Under the pieces are notes generated by a model, which saw only the letters and a program-made list of their open reading frames with translations, did no database searches and was not told where the DNA came from. A stretch of DNA of 64,000 bases. Origin: Burkholderiales bacterium. GTDB lineage: Bacteria > Pseudomonadota > Gammaproteobacteria > Burkholderiales > JAHFRG01. The stretch is taken from positions 128,421 to 192,420 of the forward strand of contig DATIXX010000005.1 of the NCBI GenBank assembly GCA_035518095.1, read 5' to 3'. Each line of letters starts with the position of its first letter. The first letter of the stretch is position 1. Of this stretch, positions 59,867 to 64,000 are shown one piece after another. A program made the translations under genes and the position numbers.

Positions 59867-61195
59867 ATGACCTTTAAAACCATCAAGCGCATTCATGCGA
59901 GGTCCGCGCTGAGTGGCGCTTTGGCAATAATAATTTTCCCACTGTTGTTTTTTTGCGCGGGCCCGCTTCGCGCGGAACTCACCATTGAGATCATCGGTGG
60001 TGGGGCGACGCAGATTCCAATCGCGATAGTCCCGTTTGCGGGAGAACAGGGGCTGCCACAAAACATTACCCAAGTTGTCGGTGCCGATCTGGTGCGCAGC
60101 GGGCTGTTCAAGCTAGTGGACACGGGCGGCATCACCCCGTTGCCGGCGGAATTCAGCGATGTACATTTTTCCGACTGGAAGGCGCGGAACGCAGATGCGT
60201 TGGTCATCGGTTCGGTCAGACCGCAGCCCGACGGCAAGCTGGAAGTGCGATTCCGTCTTTTGGATGTGACCAAGCAAGTGCAACTCGCGGGATACAGCTA
60301 CAGCGTCGTCGTTGCGCAATTGCGTCTTACGGCGCACAAAATCGCCGACGTGGTTTATGAGAAACTCACCGGGGATCCGGGCGTTTTCAGCACCAAAATC
60401 TGTTATGTGCTAAGACAGCCCAATAAGTACGAACTGCAAATTGCCGATGCTGACGGCTACAATTCCCAGACTATAGTCACTTCGCACGAATCCATCATTT
60501 CGCCTGCATGGTCGCCTGATGGCACGCGGATCGCCTATGTGTCGTTCGAGCGCGGACGGGCGATCGTTTACGTGCAATCGCTTTTAACGGGACAACGTAC
60601 ATTGATAGCGAATTATCCGGGCAGCAATAGCGCGCCGGCTTGGGCTCCAGACGGCAAGCGTCTCGCGATCGTGCTCACCAAGGACGGCCCGTCGCAAATC
60701 TATTTGGTGAATCCCGATGGCAGCGGTTTGCGGCGCATCACGTACAGCGACGCAATTGACACCGAGCCCAATTTTTCAAGCGACGGCAAATGGATCATAT
60801 TCACCTCGGACCGCGGTGGATCGCCGCAAATATACCGTATGACCGCAGGCGGCGGGACACCTGAGCGCCTTACTTTCGAAGGCAATTACAACGTGTCTCC
60901 GCGCTTCAGCCCGGATGGGAAAAGTTTTGTCTTTATCCAGGAAGGCACTGATGGGCGTTTCAATGTGGCGGTAGAAGATTTGGCGACGCGTCAAGTGCAG
61001 GTGCTGACGAATTCCTTGCTCAATGAATCGCCGACCTACGCTCCGAACGGCAAAATTATCCTTTACGCAACGGTAAACAACGGGCGTGGTATATTGGCAG
61101 CGGTTTCAAGTGATGGTAGAGTGAAAGAACGTCTCACTGTTCAGACTGGAGACATACGCGAACCCTCGTGGGGCCCTTTTTTGAAAGCGCAATAG
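59867..61195 (+). CDS. tolB: Tol-Pal system beta-propeller protein TolB
   Basis: Long signal peptide, TolB N-domain and repeated propeller blades (PAWSPDG, PAWAPDG, PNFSSDG, PRFSPDG). Confidence 0.95.
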   Translation: MTFKTIKRIHARSALSGALAIIIFPLLFFCAGPLRAELTIEIIGGGATQIPIAIVPFAGEQGLPQNITQVVGADLVRSGLFKLVDTGGITPLPAEFSDVHFSDWKARNADALVIGSVRPQPDGKLEVRFRLLDVTKQVQLAGYSYSVVVAQLRLTAHKIADVVYEKLTGDPGVFSTKICYVLRQPNKYELQIADADGYNSQTIVTSHESIISPAWSPDGTRIAYVSFERGRAIVYVQSLLTGQRTLIANYPGSNSAPAWAPDGKRLAIVLTKDGPSQIYLVNPDGSGLRRITYSDAIDTEPNFSSDGKWIIFTSDRGGSPQIYRMTAGGGTPERLTFEGNYNVSPRFSPDGKSFVFIQEGTDGRFNVAVEDLATRQVQVLTNSLLNESPTYAPNGKIILYATVNNGRGILAAVSSDGRVKERLTVQTGDIREPSWGPFLKAQ

Positions 61196-61232
61196 CAACT
61201 TCCCGTTTTAAATCAACGAAAGGAGACACAAA

Positions 61233-61742
61233 ATGAAGAAATCCGTGTTCATTATATTGCTGGCGGGCCTGCTTGCCGCTTGCGCCAGCAAAGAAGCGAA
61301 ACAAGAATCGCAGGAAACACAACCCGAGATGGGCGTTGCCAAGGGCACAACCCAGACCTTTGGCGAGCAGCCAGCGGCCCAGCCCGTAGCTCAAGCGCCC
61401 GGCATGCCGACTGACCGCAGCGTTCATTTTGACTTCGATAAGTCAAACATCAAGCAGGAGTACGTACTGGTGGTGCAGACAAATGCGGAATATATGGCCG
61501 GTAACGCCTCTGCCCGAGTCACCGTACAGGGTAATTGCGATGAGCGCGGCAGCCGCGAATACAATTTGGGGCTCGGCCAGCGCCGCGCCGATTCGGTCAA
61601 GCAAGCGCTGATAGCGGCGGGTGCCTCTGGAAGTAACATCCAGACCGTTAGCTTTGGCAAGGAAAAACCGGTTTGCACCGAGCATAACGAGCAGTGCTGG
61701 TGGCGCAATCGCCGGGCCGACATCGTCTATCAAGGCGAGTAA
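61233..61742 (+). CDS. pal: peptidoglycan-associated lipoprotein Pal
   Basis: Lipobox LAAC and an OmpA-like domain (GNCDERGSREYNLGLGQRRA, NRRADIVY). Confidence 0.95.
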   Translation: MKKSVFIILLAGLLAACASKEAKQESQETQPEMGVAKGTTQTFGEQPAAQPVAQAPGMPTDRSVHFDFDKSNIKQEYVLVVQTNAEYMAGNASARVTVQGNCDERGSREYNLGLGQRRADSVKQALIAAGASGSNIQTVSFGKEKPVCTEHNEQCWWRNRRADIVYQGE

Positions 61743-61748
61743 CCCGTT

Positions 61749-62540
61749 TTGCGATTCTCGGTTTTGTTTAGCGCCGCGCTCGTCGCGGCTGCGGCGGGTT
61801 GTGCCGGTTTAACAACGGACGACGAAGCGCGCAGGAGAATCGATCAGCAACAACAGCAGATTGTTGAGCTGCAGACTCAAAATCATGCTTTAGAAACGCG
61901 CGTCATGAGGCTCGAGCAGGCCGCGAAAAACCAGGGTCTTCTCGACCTGCTCACGCAAATACAAGCGTTAAAAGTCGATCTCGACAAGCTCAGGGGTCAA
62001 ATCGAAGTCCAGGCGAACGATATTGAATCAATTGAAAAGCGACAAAAGGACTTTTACGTCGACTTGGACACGCGGCTACGCCGCTTGGAACAGAGTTCGC
62101 AGACGCTCGCGCCGGCGCCGGAGACCGGGGGTGCGAAGCCTGGAAAACCGGGCGGCGCCAATGCTGAAACGGAAACCAAGAGTTATGAGACCGCTTATAA
62201 TCTTTTCAAGGCTGGGAATTACGCGGGAGCCGTAACGGCGTTTCAGAATTTCATTAAGGAGTACCCTTCAAGCAATCTTGCTTCAAGCGCACAGTACTGG
62301 ATCGGCAATGCCTATTTTGCGCAGCGCGACTTCAAGAACGCAATTGCCAGCCAGCAGAAACTTCTAGATGTCTACCCTGACAGCTCGAAGGCGCCTGATG
62401 CAATGCTCAATATAGCGAGCTCACAGCAGGAACTCGGGAATGACACGGCGGCAAAAAAAACGCTCAAGGAACTGATTGCCAAATATCCGGTAAGCGACGC
62501 CGCGGACAAGGCGAAGAAGCGGCTCAGCGCGATCAAGTAA
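61749..62540 (+). CDS. cpoB: Tol-Pal system protein CpoB/YbgF
   Basis: TTG start, signal peptide, N-terminal coiled coil and C-terminal TPR region (AQYWIGNAYFAQRDFKNA). Confidence 0.9.
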   Translation: MRFSVLFSAALVAAAAGCAGLTTDDEARRRIDQQQQQIVELQTQNHALETRVMRLEQAAKNQGLLDLLTQIQALKVDLDKLRGQIEVQANDIESIEKRQKDFYVDLDTRLRRLEQSSQTLAPAPETGGAKPGKPGGANAETETKSYETAYNLFKAGNYAGAVTAFQNFIKEYPSSNLASSAQYWIGNAYFAQRDFKNAIASQQKLLDVYPDSSKAPDAMLNIASSQQELGNDTAAKKTLKELIAKYPVSDAADKAKKRLSAIK

Positions 62541-62548
62541 TCTCTGTC

Positions 62549-63220
62549 ATGAATTCCATTTCCGATGCGCGCCTGCTGGAAACGCGGTTGCGGGTCACCG
62601 AAATTTTCTATTCCTTGCAGGGCGAAACCAGTCGAGTAGGTATGCCGACGGTTTTTATCCGTCTGACCGGCTGCCCGCTGCGCTGCGACTATTGTGACAC
62701 TGAGTACGCGTTTCACGGGGGCGAGACCATGTCGCTTGCTGCAATCATGGCGCAGGTCGCCTCGCACCATGCGCAGTTCGTGACCGTCACCGGCGGCGAG
62801 CCATTGGCGCAGAAAAATTGCCCCCAGTTGCTGCATGAACTTTGCAACGCGGGTTATTTAGTGTCGCTCGAAACCAGCGGCGCGCTGGATGTTTCCGGGT
62901 TAGATGTCCGGGTGGCGAAAGTCCTTGACATCAAGACGCCCGGCTCGGGAGAAGTCGGGAAGAATTTGTGGAGCAATCTTGCGCATCTCACGCGACAGGA
63001 TGAAATTAAGTTTGTAATATGCGATGCGCCGGATTATCTTTGGGCGGTGGAACAGGTACGCAAACGCAATCTCGCGAATGTCTGCCCGGTTCTGTTTTCT
63101 CCCGCTTATAAGAAACTGGCCGAAAAAACTTTGGCAGACTGGATTTTGCGCGACCGACTTCCGGTGCGGATGCAGATTCAATTGCATAAATACCTGTGGG
63201 GCGAAGTGCCGGGGCATTGA
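62549..63220 (+). CDS. queE: 7-carboxy-7-deazaguanine synthase (radical SAM)
   Basis: EIFYSLQGE N-terminus and radical SAM cluster CPLRCDYCDT. Confidence 0.9.
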   Translation: MNSISDARLLETRLRVTEIFYSLQGETSRVGMPTVFIRLTGCPLRCDYCDTEYAFHGGETMSLAAIMAQVASHHAQFVTVTGGEPLAQKNCPQLLHELCNAGYLVSLETSGALDVSGLDVRVAKVLDIKTPGSGEVGKNLWSNLAHLTRQDEIKFVICDAPDYLWAVEQVRKRNLANVCPVLFSPAYKKLAEKTLADWILRDRLPVRMQIQLHKYLWGEVPGH

Positions 63221-63383
63221 GCAAAGCTGCATCCTTGGCTCCGATACTTTGTTGCTTGATTCGCTCGAATGCTTATATATTGATCATATACTCTCCGCGG
63301 TGATCAAAGCTCGCGCCTCGCCTCAAAGTCAAATTCTCATTTTTACAATCACTTTTTTTTGATCTCCGGTTCCCAATATTCCA

Positions 63384-64000
63384 ATGAAAAAAGCGGTAGT
63401 CCTTCTGTCTGGCGGGCTGGACTCGGCTACCACGCTGGCCGTCGCCCAAGATCAGGAATTCCAGTGCTATGCGCTCAGCGTGGATTATGGCCAGCGCCAC
63501 CGCGTGGAGCTAAAGGCGGCAAAACGCATTGCCAAAGCGCTGCAAGTGTTCGAGCACCGGGTGTTTCAGGTTGATCTGACGGTATTCGGTGGCTCGGCGC
63601 TGACTGATAGGACGATCGATGTTCCGCTTGCGCCTTCAACCGGGATTCCGGCAACGTATGTGCCGGCGCGCAACACCATAATGCTGTCGCTGGCCCTGGC
63701 TTGGGCCGAGACAATCTCAAGTAGCGATATTTTCATCGGCGCGAACGCGGTCGATTATTCCGGCTACCCGGATTGCCGGCCCGAATACATTGCCGCCTTC
63801 GAGAAAATGGCAAATCTTGCGACCAAGGCGGCAGTCGAGGGCAGCAAGCTCTCCGTTCATGCGCCTCTTATCGCCTTGTCCAAAGCTGAGATTATCCGCC
63901 GGGGTCTGAGGCTGGGCGTGGACTTCGCCCTGACTGTCTCATGCTACCAGACAACGGACGACGGGCTCGCATGCGGCCAGTGCGATTCCTGCCGCTTAAG
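63384..64000 (+). CDS. queC: 7-cyano-7-deazaguanine synthase (3'-truncated by window edge)
   Basis: It is not in the ORF track because no stop lies inside the window. [16 protein letters not shown]-loop motif, and the frame stays open to position 64000. Confidence 0.93.
   Translation, partial: MKKAVVLLSGGLDSATTLAVAQDQEFQCYALSVDYGQRHRVELKAAKRIAKALQVFEHRVFQVDLTVFGGSALTDRTIDVPLAPSTGIPATYVPARNTIMLSLALAWAETISSSDIFIGANAVDYSGYPDCRPEYIAAFEKMANLATKAAVEGSKLSVHAPLIALSKAEIIRRGLRLGVDFALTVSCYQTTDDGLACGQCDSCRL

Noticed and set aside
59571-59870. 99-aa ORF filling the tolA-tolB spacer, and the 158-aa antisense ORF at 59340-59816.
   Set aside because: The translation is extremely Arg/Ala-rich (RRRFRVQAAQRAAK...). 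There is no SD and the ORF overlaps the tolA stop region. It is more likely non-coding structured sequence; see the finding on the spacer.
63221-63383. Possible preQ1 riboswitch upstream of queC.
   Set aside because: I could find no short P1 hairpin followed by an A-rich tail with the conserved ACUA/AAAAAACUA-type element. The region is T-rich on the coding strand.

Overview
This is a gene-dense stretch of core chromosome with about 80 protein genes, one tRNA and no rRNA. Gene order suggests a betaproteobacterium; that is inferred from synteny and not verified. The supporting arrangements are slmA beside argB, ftsYEX-rpoH, lolB-ispE-tRNA-Gln-prs-rplY-pth-ychF, and yebC-ruvCAB-ybgC-tolQRAB-pal-cpoB-queEC.

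Main blocks, in order:
- polA 3' end, then lipA-lipB-ybeD-dat-dac.
- An ECF sigma factor with a tiny anti-sigma, divergent from hsp20.
- argB-slmA, then moeB.
- ctpA-envC-gpmA, divergent from rhodanese-grxC-secB-SH3-gpsA.
- trmL, comF and bioBFHCD.
- A complete aa3-type cytochrome c oxidase structural and assembly cluster (22.6-31.9 kb).
- rpoH-ftsXEY, an M16 protease pair, and rsmD-coaD-fdx.
- mutM, a GldA/F/G-like ABC module with a DUF4340 gene, and a TPR lipoprotein.
- The lolB to ychF run, corA, and the ruv/tol-pal/que genes.

I saw no CRISPR array, transposase, integrase or phage genes. I do not see a convincing novel multi-gene system here.

The leads most worth a second look are:
1. A two-gene islet (51.2-53.1 kb) between ychF and corA. 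It holds an orphan protein with an HNH-like Cys4/His N-terminus and a secreted alpha/beta hydrolase.
2. A 56-codon zinc anti-sigma (ZAS) ORF that is missing from the ORF track.
3. An ~800 bp ORF-less, stop-interrupted stretch between trmL and comF.
4. The uncharacterised ABC/GldG/DUF4340 module.
5. Two unusually long structured spacers, gpmA/rhodanese and tolA/tolB.

All product calls rest on motifs and synteny read by eye. No database search was possible.
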